DNA from: Candidatus Eiseniibacteriota bacterium
GTDB lineage: Bacteria > Eisenbacteria > RBG-16-71-46
Direction: 5' to 3'
DNA length: 64,000 nt
Assembly: GCA_016215625.1 (NCBI GenBank)
Contig: JACRIW010000058.1
Coordinates: 32,252-96,251, forward strand
In this document: positions 19,979 through 29,612 of the stretch, piece after piece
Layout of the letters: each line of letters begins with the position of its first letter
How positions within the stretch are numbered: position 1 is the first letter of the stretch
The notes under the pieces: model-generated
Told to the model about the DNA's origin: nothing
Database searches by the model: none
What the model saw: only the letters and a program-made list of their open reading frames with translations
Position numbers and translations under genes: made by a program

Positions 19979-21436
19979 TCAGATGTCGCCCTCGGCCGCC
20001 TTCACCCATCTCGCGTAGGCCCACGTGCCGACCGCCGAGGCGAGCCCCACGGCCACGAACGGGTACCAGAGCTGGTAGGGGTGGTAGGTGTTCCAGAGCA
20101 GCGTGGTCGCGGCCGACGGGTCGAGGTGCGTCGTGCGCTGCAGCGCCTCCATCGCGTTCGTGCGGTCGACGCCCGCCGGCACCCCGCCGTGTTCCTGCAG
20201 GTAGCGCAGCGCGAGCCCGGCCTTCTCGCCCATCCGGCCGTAGAGATCGCCGGCCATGAACGAGCCGTACGCCCAGCCGATCGCGGTCGGCATGTTCGCG
20301 TAGCCCATGTACAGGCCCTTCTTGCCCTCGGGCGCGATCACGCCGAGGTACTCGTTCATCTTCGGGCTCGCGAGCATCTCGCCGACCGCGAACAGTGCGA
20401 TGCCGAGCAGGCACGCGGTGCCGCTCATCGTGAAACCGGCCGCGAGCAGGCCCGCCGACGAGATCACGATGCCGAGGAAGATGCTCGTCACCCGGCGCAT
20501 GCGCGAGACGAGATGCGAGATCCAGACGACGAACAGCACGATGAGCAGGCTGTCGAGGTTGATCATCCACTCCTGCGCCAGCATCGGGCCGCGCGGCGAC
20601 TGCGTGACGAACATCGCCGGCAGGTGCAGCGACTTCACGATCGCGGTGGAATCCACCCAGTCCACGATGAAGTTCGGGAGCAGGTCGAACAGCTGCATGA
20701 ACATGAGCCAGAAGCCCGACATGATCGCGATGAAGACGAGCAGCCGGACGTTGAAGAGGTTCGAGAGCGTGTGCATCGCGGTCTCGAGGAAGTTCGCCTT
20801 CTGGTTGCCGCCGGCCGGAATGTCGGGGTAGGTGAACAGCATCGCGAAGTTGAGCGACACGAGCACCGCGCAGCCGAAGAACACGGTCGGCCACGACCAG
20901 CCGTACAGGAAGTGGGCGAGCGGCGGTCCGAGGAACGCGCCGACGTTCACGAGCATGTAGAAGAGTCCCCAGCCCACGCCCGAGGTGCGCTCGGTGAGCG
21001 TCGTCTGGAGCGAGCCCCACACGCCGGGCTTGAAGATCGCGGTGCCGAACGCGAGCACGAGGCAGCCGATCGTGAACGGCCAGAACTCGCGCTGCGTCGC
21101 CATGAGCAGGTAGCCCGCGATCTTGATCGCGATCGAGAACGCGATGGTCTTCTTGTAGCCGTAGCGGTCCGCGAAGCCGCCCGAGAAGATCGGGACGCCC
21201 GTCTGGACGAGCGCCCACAGCATGAAGATCTGGCCCTTCTGCGCCTGCGTGAAGTGCAGGCCGTGCACTTCGTCGGCCTGCGCGATGTAGATCGGGATCA
21301 CGACGCGCACGCCGTAGTAGGCGAGACGCTCGAGCATCTCCATGACGTTGAGCATCCAGAAGGCGCGGGGCAGCTGCGAGAGCTGCTTCCACAATCCTTC
21401 GCGTTCTTCGCGAACCACTCCTGGCATCATGCTCAT
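19979..21436 (-). CDS. MFS transporter, POT/PTR-like peptide transporter
   Basis: ExxERxxYY motif EMLERLAYYG; GGFADRYG, IFKP and FYMLVNVGAFLGP; GGAGG SD. Confidence 0.9.
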   Translation of the reverse strand: MSMMPGVVREEREGLWKQLSQLPRAFWMLNVMEMLERLAYYGVRVVIPIYIAQADEVHGLHFTQAQKGQIFMLWALVQTGVPIFSGGFADRYGYKKTIAFSIAIKIAGYLLMATQREFWPFTIGCLVLAFGTAIFKPGVWGSLQTTLTERTSGVGWGLFYMLVNVGAFLGPPLAHFLYGWSWPTVFFGCAVLVSLNFAMLFTYPDIPAGGNQKANFLETAMHTLSNLFNVRLLVFIAIMSGFWLMFMQLFDLLPNFIVDWVDSTAIVKSLHLPAMFVTQSPRGPMLAQEWMINLDSLLIVLFVVWISHLVSRMRRVTSIFLGIVISSAGLLAAGFTMSGTACLLGIALFAVGEMLASPKMNEYLGVIAPEGKKGLYMGYANMPTAIGWAYGSFMAGDLYGRMGEKAGLALRYLQEHGGVPAGVDRTNAMEALQRTTHLDPSAATTLLWNTYHPYQLWYPFVAVGLASAVGTWAYARWVKAAEGDI

Positions 21437-21689
21437 GCATCCTCCGGGACCTTCGTCGCTGCGGACCAGTACGGCAGTTCCCGCCAGCGTAGCCCGGAGC
21501 AAGCGCGCCGTGCGAGAACGAAATCGCCGCACGGCCCGCGTCCGTGCGCCCGTCCGCGCGCGTTCGTCGCGAGTTCTTCCGCACGCGTGGCGCGCGCGCC
21601 GCGCCGGTGGCTCGACCGTGGAGCGGTCGCGTGCGACGAAGGCACGGTGTGCCGGACCCGTGACGTGCCCACCCCTCGAGGAGATCGCC

Positions 21690-22787
21690 GTGCCGCGCCA
21701 TGCGTTCGTCCTGTTCGCCCTGCTGTGCCTCGCCGTCCCGCCCGCACGCGCGGCGGAGCCACCTGCGGGACCGCCGCCGCTCACCGCGAGCGAAGCCGCG
21801 CCGGGCGTCTGGCTGTTCCGCACCGAGCCCTACGGCGACGCCGGGCTCGACGGCAACTCGGTCGCGATCGTCACGAGCGAAGGCGTGCTGATGCTCGACG
21901 CGAACGGCACCCCCGCGGCGGCGCGTGCGGTGCTCGCGAAGCTGCGCACGATCACGAAGCAGCCCGTGCGCTGGCTCGTGCTGTCGCACTGGCACTGGGA
22001 CCACTGGTACGGCGCCGAGGTCTACCGCGACTCGTTCCCGGGCCTGCAGATCGTCGCGCACGAGCGCACGCGCGCGCTCATGGACGGCCCGGTCCAGGCG
22101 TTCAACCGGGACGGGCTCGAGTCGCAGTTGCCCGGGCACCTGCACGCCGTCGAGTCGCGCCGCGACACCGCGACGGGGGAGCGGCGCGCGCGACTCGCCG
22201 CGCACGCGGAGCGCGACCGGTTCTTCCTCGAGCAGAAGCGCGCCGTCCGCCGCACGCTGCCGAACGTGACGTTCACCGATTCGCTCACCATCTTCGCGGG
22301 CGGGCGCGAGATCCGCGTGCTGCACGTGGACCGCGCGATCACGCCCGGCGACGCGTTCGTGTGGCTGCCGCGCGAGGGCGTGCTCGCCACGGGCGACCTG
22401 CTGATCGATCCGCTCACGTTCGCGCTCTTCTGCCATCCCGACGGCTGGATCCGCACGCTGCAGTACCTCGCGGCGCTGGACGCGCGTGTGATCGTGCCCG
22501 GTCACGGCGCACCGATGCACGACGAACGGCGGCTCGCCGCAACGCTCGAACTGCTGCAGCTCGAGCGCGAGATCGCGCACGGCGCGCGCCGCGGCGGAGT
22601 GCCGCGAGCCGCCGTCGCCGGCATGGTGATGGCCGAGCCCCGGGTGCTCGCGCTGCGCGACCAGCTCACCGGCGGCGACCACACGCTCGACGAGGACTTC
22701 GCGACCTACCTCGTGGAATGGTTCGCGACGCGAGCGTGGGACGAGGCCGGCGGACCGCTCGGCGACGCGATTCCCACGGCGCCGTGA
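21690..22787 (+). CDS. Exported MBL-fold metallo-hydrolase
   Basis: GAGGAG SD with GTG start and signal peptide; motifs SHWHWDHWYG, TGDL and VPGHG. Confidence 0.88.
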   Translation: MPRHAFVLFALLCLAVPPARAAEPPAGPPPLTASEAAPGVWLFRTEPYGDAGLDGNSVAIVTSEGVLMLDANGTPAAARAVLAKLRTITKQPVRWLVLSHWHWDHWYGAEVYRDSFPGLQIVAHERTRALMDGPVQAFNRDGLESQLPGHLHAVESRRDTATGERRARLAAHAERDRFFLEQKRAVRRTLPNVTFTDSLTIFAGGREIRVLHVDRAITPGDAFVWLPREGVLATGDLLIDPLTFALFCHPDGWIRTLQYLAALDARVIVPGHGAPMHDERRLAATLELLQLEREIAHGARRGGVPRAAVAGMVMAEPRVLALRDQLTGGDHTLDEDFATYLVEWFATRAWDEAGGPLGDAIPTAP

Positions 22788-22897
22788 GCTGCCGTCGCGG
22801 ATTGTCCCCGGCACGGACCGTGTGCTCTCCTGTTCGCGGCGGCTTCCCGTCGCATCCCCGGAACGACCGGCGGACGCCGCCACGGAGGGACACGTCC

Positions 22898-23812
22898 ATG
22901 CGGAAGCACCTCTTTCGACGCCTCGCCCTGCTGCTCGCCACGTTCACGCTGGCTTCCCCCGCAGCGGCGGGACGCGCGCCGACGCTCGTCTCGACCGCGT
23001 GGCTGCAGCAGCATCTCTCCGACACTTCGCTGGTCGTGCTGCATGCGGCGAACTCGCGTGCCGACTACGACGCCGGTCACGTTCCGGGGGCGCGCTTCGT
23101 GCCGTGGTCGGCTTACGCCGGTCCGCACGACAGCCTCAGCGTCGAGCTGCCCGGCGAGGCGCGCTTCGATTCGCTGCTCGAGGCCGCGGGTGTGCGCGAC
23201 GGCGACCGGATCGTGCTCACCGGCGGGCCGGTCACGACCGTGGCGCGGCTGCTCGTGACGCTCGACGCCTACGGTCTCGGCGATCGCGCCTCGATCGTGG
23301 ACGGCGGCATCGACGCGTGGCGCGACGAAGGCCGTCCGGTTTCGCGCGACTCGGTCGCCGGGCGCGGCGGGCACGTCACGCTGCGTCCGGACGCAGGGCG
23401 CGTGGTGGACGCCGCGTGGCTGCGCGCGCACGCTCCCGCGGACGTGGCCCGCATCGCGGTCGTGGACGCGCGCACGCCCGAGTTCTTCGAAGGGCTCGCC
23501 GCCGGGAACATGCCGCGTGCCGGCCGGCTGCCCGGCGCGGGCAACGTGCCCTACACGTGGCTCACCGGCGAACTCGGCCGCTACCGCGACGCGAAACAGC
23601 TCCGGCGCCTCTTCGCGCGCGCGGGCGTGAGCCCGGGCGACACCGTGGTCACCTACTGCCACATCGGGATCCAGGCCTGCGCCGCGTACGTCGCCGCACG
23701 CACGCTCGGGCACGAAGTCGTGTTCTACGACGGCGCGTACGAGGACTGGAGCCGCCGCACGGAACTCCCCGTCGGCAAGGGCCCGGCGGGCGCCGCCGAG
23801 GGCCGTCACTGA
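22898..23812 (+). CDS. Exported tandem-domain rhodanese/sulfurtransferase
   Basis: Signal peptide; motifs LVSTAWL, YDAGHVPGA, DGG..AW, DAR, GRLPGA, active-site YCHIGIQA and YDGAYEDWS. Confidence 0.92.
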   Translation: MRKHLFRRLALLLATFTLASPAAAGRAPTLVSTAWLQQHLSDTSLVVLHAANSRADYDAGHVPGARFVPWSAYAGPHDSLSVELPGEARFDSLLEAAGVRDGDRIVLTGGPVTTVARLLVTLDAYGLGDRASIVDGGIDAWRDEGRPVSRDSVAGRGGHVTLRPDAGRVVDAAWLRAHAPADVARIAVVDARTPEFFEGLAAGNMPRAGRLPGAGNVPYTWLTGELGRYRDAKQLRRLFARAGVSPGDTVVTYCHIGIQACAAYVAARTLGHEVVFYDGAYEDWSRRTELPVGKGPAGAAEGRH

Positions 23813-23850
23813 CCGCCCTCGGGAATCGCCGTCCCACAACCGGACACCTC

Positions 23851-23882
23851 GCGCCGCCGCTCCCGATCGGGAGTGGCGGCGC
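23851..23882 (+). terminator. Hairpin downstream of the rhodanese gene
   Basis: GCGCCGCCGCTCCC-gatc-GGGAGTGGCGGCGC, a 14-bp stem with one G-U pair. Confidence 0.55.
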
Positions 23883-23985
23883 AAGCGTCTGTGGCGCAAC
23901 GCGCTGAAGAAGAGTTCGTCCACCGCGCGCCCGGAGGTGTAACCCCGGCTCGGGCCTCTCCGTCGAAGCGGCACACGGAGGGGCC

Positions 23986-25227
23986 ATGGACATTCCCATT
24001 CAGAAGAAGCGTCGCGCGCGCTGGCCTTACCTGCTCGGGGGAGGAGCCGCGCTCGCCCTCGTCACGATCGGGCTGCTGAGCCTCAAGCCGGCCGGGCCCA
24101 CGGTCGAGCGCGCCACGCTGCTCGTCGACACCGTGCGCCGCGGCGAGATGCGGCGCGACGTGCGCGGCAACGGCACGCTCGTGCCCGAGGACCTGCGCAT
24201 CGTCTCGGCGCTCACCGCCGGACGGATCGAGCGCATCGTCGCGCGCCCGGGCACGAAGGTCGAGGCGGGCAGCGTGCTGCTCGAGATGAGCAACCCCGAC
24301 GTGCAGCTGCAGGCGCTCGACGCCGAGCGGCAGCTCACGCTGGCCGAGGCCGAACTCGCGACGCAGCGCGCCTCGCTCGAGACGCAGCGGCTCGCGGTCG
24401 TCAGCGCGCTCGCCGCGGCGCGCACCGAGCTGCGCGAGGCCGAGCGCCAGGTGCGGGTCGCGCAGCGGCTCGCGGCCGACGGGCTCACGTCCGGCATGGA
24501 CATCGAGCGCGCGCAGGATCGCGCGACCGAAGCGAAGGAACGGCACGAAAGCGAACTGCGCCGGCTGCAGGTGGTCGAGGAGGCGACACGCGCGCAGCTC
24601 GAACTGCGCCGCAGCGAGGTGGACCGGCTGCGCTCGATCGCGGCGTTCCAGCGCCAGCGTGTCTCGTCCATGACCGTGCTCGCCGGACAGAAGGGCGTGG
24701 TGCAGGCGCTCGCGCTCCAGCCCGGGCAGTGGGTGAACCCGGGACAGGAACTCGCCCGCGTCGCCGGCCAGGACCGGCTCAAGGCCGTGCTCATGGTGCC
24801 GGAGTCGCAGGCGCGCGACCTCGCGCTCGGCCTGCGCGCGAAGGTGGACACGCGCGACGGCGTCGTGGACGGCCACGTCTCGCGCGTCGATCCCGCCGTG
24901 CAGGGCGGCACCGTCGCGGTGGACGTCTCGCTCGACGGCACGCTGCCGCGTGCGGCGCGCCCGGACCTGTCGGTGGACGGCACGATCGAGATCGACCGGA
25001 TCGCGAACACGCTCTACGTGGGCCGTCCGGCGGACGGCTCGACCGAGGCCGAGACGCAGCTGTTCCGGCTCGACCCGGGCGGCCGCACCGCGACGCGCGT
25101 CACCGTGCGCGTCGGGCGCGGCGCCGCCGACGTGGTCGAGATCCGTGGCGGATTGAACGAAGGCGATCGCGTGATCCTCAGCGAGATGTCGCAGTGGAAC
25201 ACGGTGACGCGAGTGACCCTGAAGTAG
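23986..25227 (+). CDS. Efflux periplasmic adaptor (MFP/HlyD-like) subunit
   Basis: N-terminal TM, lipoyl-like halves (GRIERIVARPGTKVEAG), a coiled coil and C-terminal GLNEGDRVILS. Confidence 0.92.
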   Translation: MDIPIQKKRRARWPYLLGGGAALALVTIGLLSLKPAGPTVERATLLVDTVRRGEMRRDVRGNGTLVPEDLRIVSALTAGRIERIVARPGTKVEAGSVLLEMSNPDVQLQALDAERQLTLAEAELATQRASLETQRLAVVSALAAARTELREAERQVRVAQRLAADGLTSGMDIERAQDRATEAKERHESELRRLQVVEEATRAQLELRRSEVDRLRSIAAFQRQRVSSMTVLAGQKGVVQALALQPGQWVNPGQELARVAGQDRLKAVLMVPESQARDLALGLRAKVDTRDGVVDGHVSRVDPAVQGGTVAVDVSLDGTLPRAARPDLSVDGTIEIDRIANTLYVGRPADGSTEAETQLFRLDPGGRTATRVTVRVGRGAADVVEIRGGLNEGDRVILSEMSQWNTVTRVTLK

Positions 25228-25259
25228 CACCCCGGCGCTCCCCGCTCCGAGGAGGAAGG

Positions 25260-26015
25260 ATGACCGTGACGACCCAGGAACGCCCCGCTCCGGCCGCCAC
25301 CGCGGCACACGGCGCCGCGCGCGAAAGCGCGCGGGCGCTGCTGCAGCTCGAGAACCTGTGCAAGGTGTTCACGACGGACGAAGTCGAGACGCACGCCCTC
25401 TCCGGCGTGCACCTCGAGATCCGCAAGGGCGAGTACGTCGCCATCTCGGGGCCGTCCGGCTGCGGCAAGTCCACGCTGCTGTCGATCCTCGGGCTGCTCG
25501 ACACGCCTTCGTCCGGGCGCTACCTGCTCGACGGCGTGCCGGTCGAGAACCTCTCGTTTCCCGAGCGCGCGCGCATCCGGAACCGGCAGATCGGGTTCGT
25601 GTTCCAGAGCTTCAACCTGATCGGCGACCTCACCGTGTTCGAGAACGTCGAACTGCCGCTCACGTACCGCGGCATCGGCGCTTCCGAGCGCCGTCGCATG
25701 GTCGGGGAGGCGCTCGAGCGCGTGAGCATGGCGCATCGTGCGCGCCACCTGCCGGCGCAGCTCTCGGGCGGCCAGCAGCAGCGTGTCGCCGTCGCGCGAG
25801 CGCTCGCCGGCGATCCGCTCATCCTGCTCGCCGACGAACCCACGGGGAACCTCGACTCGACGAACGGCGAGGCGGTGATGGACCTGCTGCACGAACTGCA
25901 CGGCATGGGCTCGACGATCTGCATGGTCACGCACGATCCGCGCTTCGCGCGTCACGCCGAACGCACGGTGCACCTGTTCGACGGCCGCGTCGTGGACGAG
26001 CGCCGCGAGCGCTGA
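25260..26015 (+). CDS. ABC transporter ATP-binding protein (MacB/LolD type)
   Basis: Motifs GPSGCGKST, FVFQSFNL, LSGGQQQRVAVARAL, ADEPTGNLD and VTHD. Confidence 0.97.
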   Translation: MTVTTQERPAPAATAAHGAARESARALLQLENLCKVFTTDEVETHALSGVHLEIRKGEYVAISGPSGCGKSTLLSILGLLDTPSSGRYLLDGVPVENLSFPERARIRNRQIGFVFQSFNLIGDLTVFENVELPLTYRGIGASERRRMVGEALERVSMAHRARHLPAQLSGGQQQRVAVARALAGDPLILLADEPTGNLDSTNGEAVMDLLHELHGMGSTICMVTHDPRFARHAERTVHLFDGRVVDERRER

Positions 26016-26031
26016 GCGAAAGGGACCCTCG

Positions 26032-28443
26032 ATGGACACCTTGATCCAGGACCTGCGTTACGCCCTGCGCTCGCTCCGCCGCACTCCGGGTTTCACGGCC
26101 GTCGTCGTGGCCGTGATGGCGCTCGGCATCGGCGTCAACGTGAGCATGTTCAGCATGATCTACGGGATCATGTTCCGGCCCTGGCCCCTGCCGGAGCCCG
26201 ACCGCCTCCTGACCCTCGTCCAGCTCGACCTGCTGCACTCGGGCAACACCCAGCCGATCTCGTGGCTGAACTACTTCGAACTGCGGGATCGTTCGAAGTC
26301 GTTCTCGGCGTTCGGCGGCTACTGGGACCATCAGGCGATCGTGACGCTCGACCGCGATCCCGAGCGCTTCCACGGTGCGAGCATCACCGCGGGCGTGCTG
26401 CCCGCGCTCGGCGTGACCCCCGTGCTCGGCCAGAACTTCCGGCCCGACGAGGAAGTCTGGGGGCGCAACTGGACGCAGGTCATCATCAGCGACCGCATCT
26501 GGAAGACGCGCTTCGGCGGGCGCACGGACGTGCTCGGCAAGACCCTCCGGCTCAACGGCCGCACGCGCGAGATCGTCGGCGTGATGCCGCCGGAGGTGCG
26601 CTTCCCGGAGCTCGAGGACTTCTGGATCCCGGCCGGCTTCGACGCGAAGGACCAGAACCGCACCGACGGCCTGTTCAACATCGCCGCGCGCCTCAAGCCG
26701 GGCGTCTCGCGGGAACAGGCGAACGCCGAGCTCGACGCGATCTGGAAGTCGATCGTGGCCGCGCACCCGGAGATGAAGCAGACGGGCGTCGAGGCGTTCG
26801 CCATCCAGGAGCGGTGGAGCCGCGGTCCGAGACCTTTCATGATCGTGATGCTCCTCGCGGTCGTGTGCGTGCTGCTGATCGCGTGCGCGAACGTCGCGAA
26901 CCTCCTGCTCGCACGGGCGGCGACGCGCCGCCGCGAGATCGGACTGCGCGTCGCGCTCGGCGCTTCGCGCGGTCGCGTGGTGCGCCAGCTGCTCACCGAA
27001 AGCGTGCTCCTCGCGCTGCTCGGCGGCGGCGCGGGCGTCGCGCTCGGCATGTGGGGCAACACCATCTGGCCGCGCGGCATCCCGATGGAACTGCCGTGGT
27101 TCCTGCGCTGGGACATCGATGGTCCCGTGCTCGCGTACACGGTGGTGCTCACCATGCTCGCCGGCGTCGTGTTCGGGCTGGCGCCCGCGCTACACGCCTC
27201 CGACGGCAATCTCGTCGAGGCTCTCCGCGAAGGCGGGGCGCAGGCCGGCACGTCCCGCGGCGGGCAGCGGCTGCGCAACGGGCTCATCGTCGCGGAGATC
27301 GCGTTCTCGATCGTGCTGCTGATCGCGGCCGGGCTCATGATCCGCACGTTCATGCACTACGACCAGGCCGGGAAGAAGCTGCGCACCGAAGGCATCGTCG
27401 CGGGGCGCGTGCTGCTGCCGATCGCGCTCTACCCGGACGAGCCCTCGCGCGTGCGCTTCTTCACGGAGCTGCAGCGCCGTTTGCTCGCCGAGCCGGGTGT
27501 GGTCGCCGCCTCGGCGATCAACAACCTGCCGCTCGGTCGCGACAACTGGACCCGCACGGTGATCACGCCGGACGCGAAGGACGACGTGAGCGGCCCGAAC
27601 TGCGCGATGTGGACGCCGATGCCCGGCGCGCTCGCGACGCTCGGGATCCCGATCCGGAAGGGGCGCGACTTCACGCTGCAGGACGACTCGACGAGTGCGC
27701 GGGTCGCGCTCGTGAGCGAGCAGGCGGCCAAGCGGCTCTACCCGGGTCGCGACCCCATCGGGCAGCGGCTGCGGCTCGCGGGCATGCCGGATTCGCTCGG
27801 CTGGGTCACCGTCGTGGGCGTGACGGGTGACGTCGTGCAGGGCGTCGAATCCGACGAAGCGCCCGTGGGGAGCGTGTGGGTGCCGCACGCGCAGGAGCCG
27901 GGGCAGATGCTGTGGTGGGTGGTCGAGGCGAAGGGCTCGGGGGCGCAGGGTGCGGCCGCGCTGCGCCGCGCCGTGCGCGCGATCGATCCCGACATCGCCG
28001 TCTACGAGATCCGCTCGATGCGCGAGCAGTTCCGCTTCGCGCTCTGGGTGCGCAGGCTGTTCGCCTCGATGATCGGCGTGTTCGGCGTGCTCGCGCTCGT
28101 GATCGCGGCGATCGGGTTGTACGGCGTGATGGCCTACAACGTGGCGCAGCGCACCCGCGAGATCGGCATCCGGATGGCGCTCGGCGCGGAGGCCTCGATG
28201 GTGCTGCGCATGGTCGTGGGGCAGGCGCTGCGGCTGACCGCCATCGGCATCGCCATCGGGCTCGCCGTGGCCTTCGGAGTCACGCGCTTCATGGCGGCGA
28301 CGATCCAGGGGGTGAGCCCGACCGATCCACCGACGTACACCACGGTGACGCTGCTTCTGGCATGCTCCGGACTGATCGCGGCGTGGGTGCCGGCCTGGCG
28401 GGCCACGCGCGTGAACCCGATGCTGGCGCTGCGGGCGGATTGA
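26032..28443 (+). CDS. Duplicated MacB/FtsX-type ABC permease (ADOP-like)
   Basis: Begins QDLRYALRSLRRTPGF; contains LLIACANVANLLLAR, REIGLRVALGA and a second REIGIRMALGA; ends RATRVNPMLALRAD. Confidence 0.95.
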   Translation: MDTLIQDLRYALRSLRRTPGFTAVVVAVMALGIGVNVSMFSMIYGIMFRPWPLPEPDRLLTLVQLDLLHSGNTQPISWLNYFELRDRSKSFSAFGGYWDHQAIVTLDRDPERFHGASITAGVLPALGVTPVLGQNFRPDEEVWGRNWTQVIISDRIWKTRFGGRTDVLGKTLRLNGRTREIVGVMPPEVRFPELEDFWIPAGFDAKDQNRTDGLFNIAARLKPGVSREQANAELDAIWKSIVAAHPEMKQTGVEAFAIQERWSRGPRPFMIVMLLAVVCVLLIACANVANLLLARAATRRREIGLRVALGASRGRVVRQLLTESVLLALLGGGAGVALGMWGNTIWPRGIPMELPWFLRWDIDGPVLAYTVVLTMLAGVVFGLAPALHASDGNLVEALREGGAQAGTSRGGQRLRNGLIVAEIAFSIVLLIAAGLMIRTFMHYDQAGKKLRTEGIVAGRVLLPIALYPDEPSRVRFFTELQRRLLAEPGVVAASAINNLPLGRDNWTRTVITPDAKDDVSGPNCAMWTPMPGALATLGIPIRKGRDFTLQDDSTSARVALVSEQAAKRLYPGRDPIGQRLRLAGMPDSLGWVTVVGVTGDVVQGVESDEAPVGSVWVPHAQEPGQMLWWVVEAKGSGAQGAAALRRAVRAIDPDIAVYEIRSMREQFRFALWVRRLFASMIGVFGVLALVIAAIGLYGVMAYNVAQRTREIGIRMALGAEASMVLRMVVGQALRLTAIGIAIGLAVAFGVTRFMAATIQGVSPTDPPTYTTVTLLLACSGLIAAWVPAWRATRVNPMLALRAD

Positions 28444-28489
28444 CGCCCGGGCGAACATGGCCTCCCGGACGTCCGGAGTGTTCCCTCGC

Positions 28490-29542
28490 ATGAAGCGTTT
28501 CACGATCCTGTCGTCGCTGATGCTCGCCGCCGCCCCGGTCCTCGCCGGGGCGGACGGCGATCCGGCCGTGCTGTACGAGCGCGGCGCCTACCGGCGTGCC
28601 GCGGCGGTGGCGTCGCAGCGGAGTGACGCCACCGCCCTCACCGTGCTCGCGCGCGTGCGCGCGCTCGAGGGCCGGTACGACGAAGCGATCGCGACGGCCG
28701 AGCGCGCGGTGAAGGCCGCTCCCGGATCCACCGCCGCGCACTACGCGTTGTCCGAGGCCCACGGCCTGCGCGCGCGTGAGGCCGGGCCACTGAAGGCGCT
28801 CGGCTCGGCCCGGGCCTTCAAGCGCGAGGCCGAGGCGGCTCTCGCGATCGATCCGAGCCACGTCGAGTCGCTGGTGGCGATGATCGAGTTCCACCGCATG
28901 GCGCCGGGGATCGCGGGCGGGGACCGGAAGAAGCGCCCCGCGCTGCTCGAGCGGCTCGTCGCCGCCGACCCGGTGCGCGGCTGGGGCATGCGCGCGCAGG
29001 ACGCACTGCGCTCCGAGGACACGACGCGCGCGGAACAGTGCTGGCGCAAGGCGGTCGAGGCCGACCCGGCGAGTGCGCGCGCGAAGGCGGCGCTGGCGCA
29101 GTGGCTGGCGGTGTCGCGGCGCGACGTCCCGCTCGCCGAGCAGCTCGCGGCCGAGGCCACGGCGCTCGAGCCGTGGCGCATCGCGCCGTGGCAGGTGCTC
29201 GCATCGGTGCAGGCGCACGGGAAGCGCTGGGAGGAACTCGAGGCCACGCTCGCGAAGTCCGAGGCGGCGATGGACGGCCGCCGTGACGCCTGGTTCGCCG
29301 CCGGGCGCCAGCTCGTGAGCGACGGCGCCGAGCCCGTGCGCGCCGAGCGCTACCTGAGGCACTACCTCGCCGCGGAAAGCGAGCCGGCCGCGCCCGCGCC
29401 CGCGGTGGCGCGCTGGCGGCTCGCGCAGGCGCTCGAGCAGCAGGGGCGCAGGAGCGAGGCGATCGCCGAGCTGCAGGCCGCGCTCGCGCTCGATTCGCGG
29501 CTCGAGCCGGCGCGCAAGGACCTGCAGCGGCTGCGGCGCTGA
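28490..29542 (+). CDS. Exported tetratricopeptide repeat protein
   Basis: Signal peptide MKRFTILSSLMLAAAPVLA followed by multiple TPR-like helices. Confidence 0.85.
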   Translation: MKRFTILSSLMLAAAPVLAGADGDPAVLYERGAYRRAAAVASQRSDATALTVLARVRALEGRYDEAIATAERAVKAAPGSTAAHYALSEAHGLRAREAGPLKALGSARAFKREAEAALAIDPSHVESLVAMIEFHRMAPGIAGGDRKKRPALLERLVAADPVRGWGMRAQDALRSEDTTRAEQCWRKAVEADPASARAKAALAQWLAVSRRDVPLAEQLAAEATALEPWRIAPWQVLASVQAHGKRWEELEATLAKSEAAMDGRRDAWFAAGRQLVSDGAEPVRAERYLRHYLAAESEPAAPAPAVARWRLAQALEQQGRRSEAIAELQAALALDSRLEPARKDLQRLRR

Positions 29543-29612
29543 CCGGCCGCCGTGATAGCCTGCGGGCCGCCCCGCTGCCGTGCGGGGCGCCCGTCCCCAT
29601 GGGAGCGAACGC

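Noticed and set aside
21690-22787. MBL protein as a true beta-lactamase resistance gene
   Set aside because: The HxHxDH fold is generic, and no class B beta-lactamase-specific context or motif is evident.
19688-23812. Long track ORFs such as the 1374-aa one here, 41262-45284 and 57902-60958
   Set aside because: These are Arg/Ala-rich shadow frames of high-GC DNA overlapping well-supported genes. Only the 3' part of this one (22898-23812) is real.
23890-23908. Sigma54 promoter before the efflux adaptor (TGGCGC...)
   Set aside because: The -12 TTGC element is missing at the required spacing.
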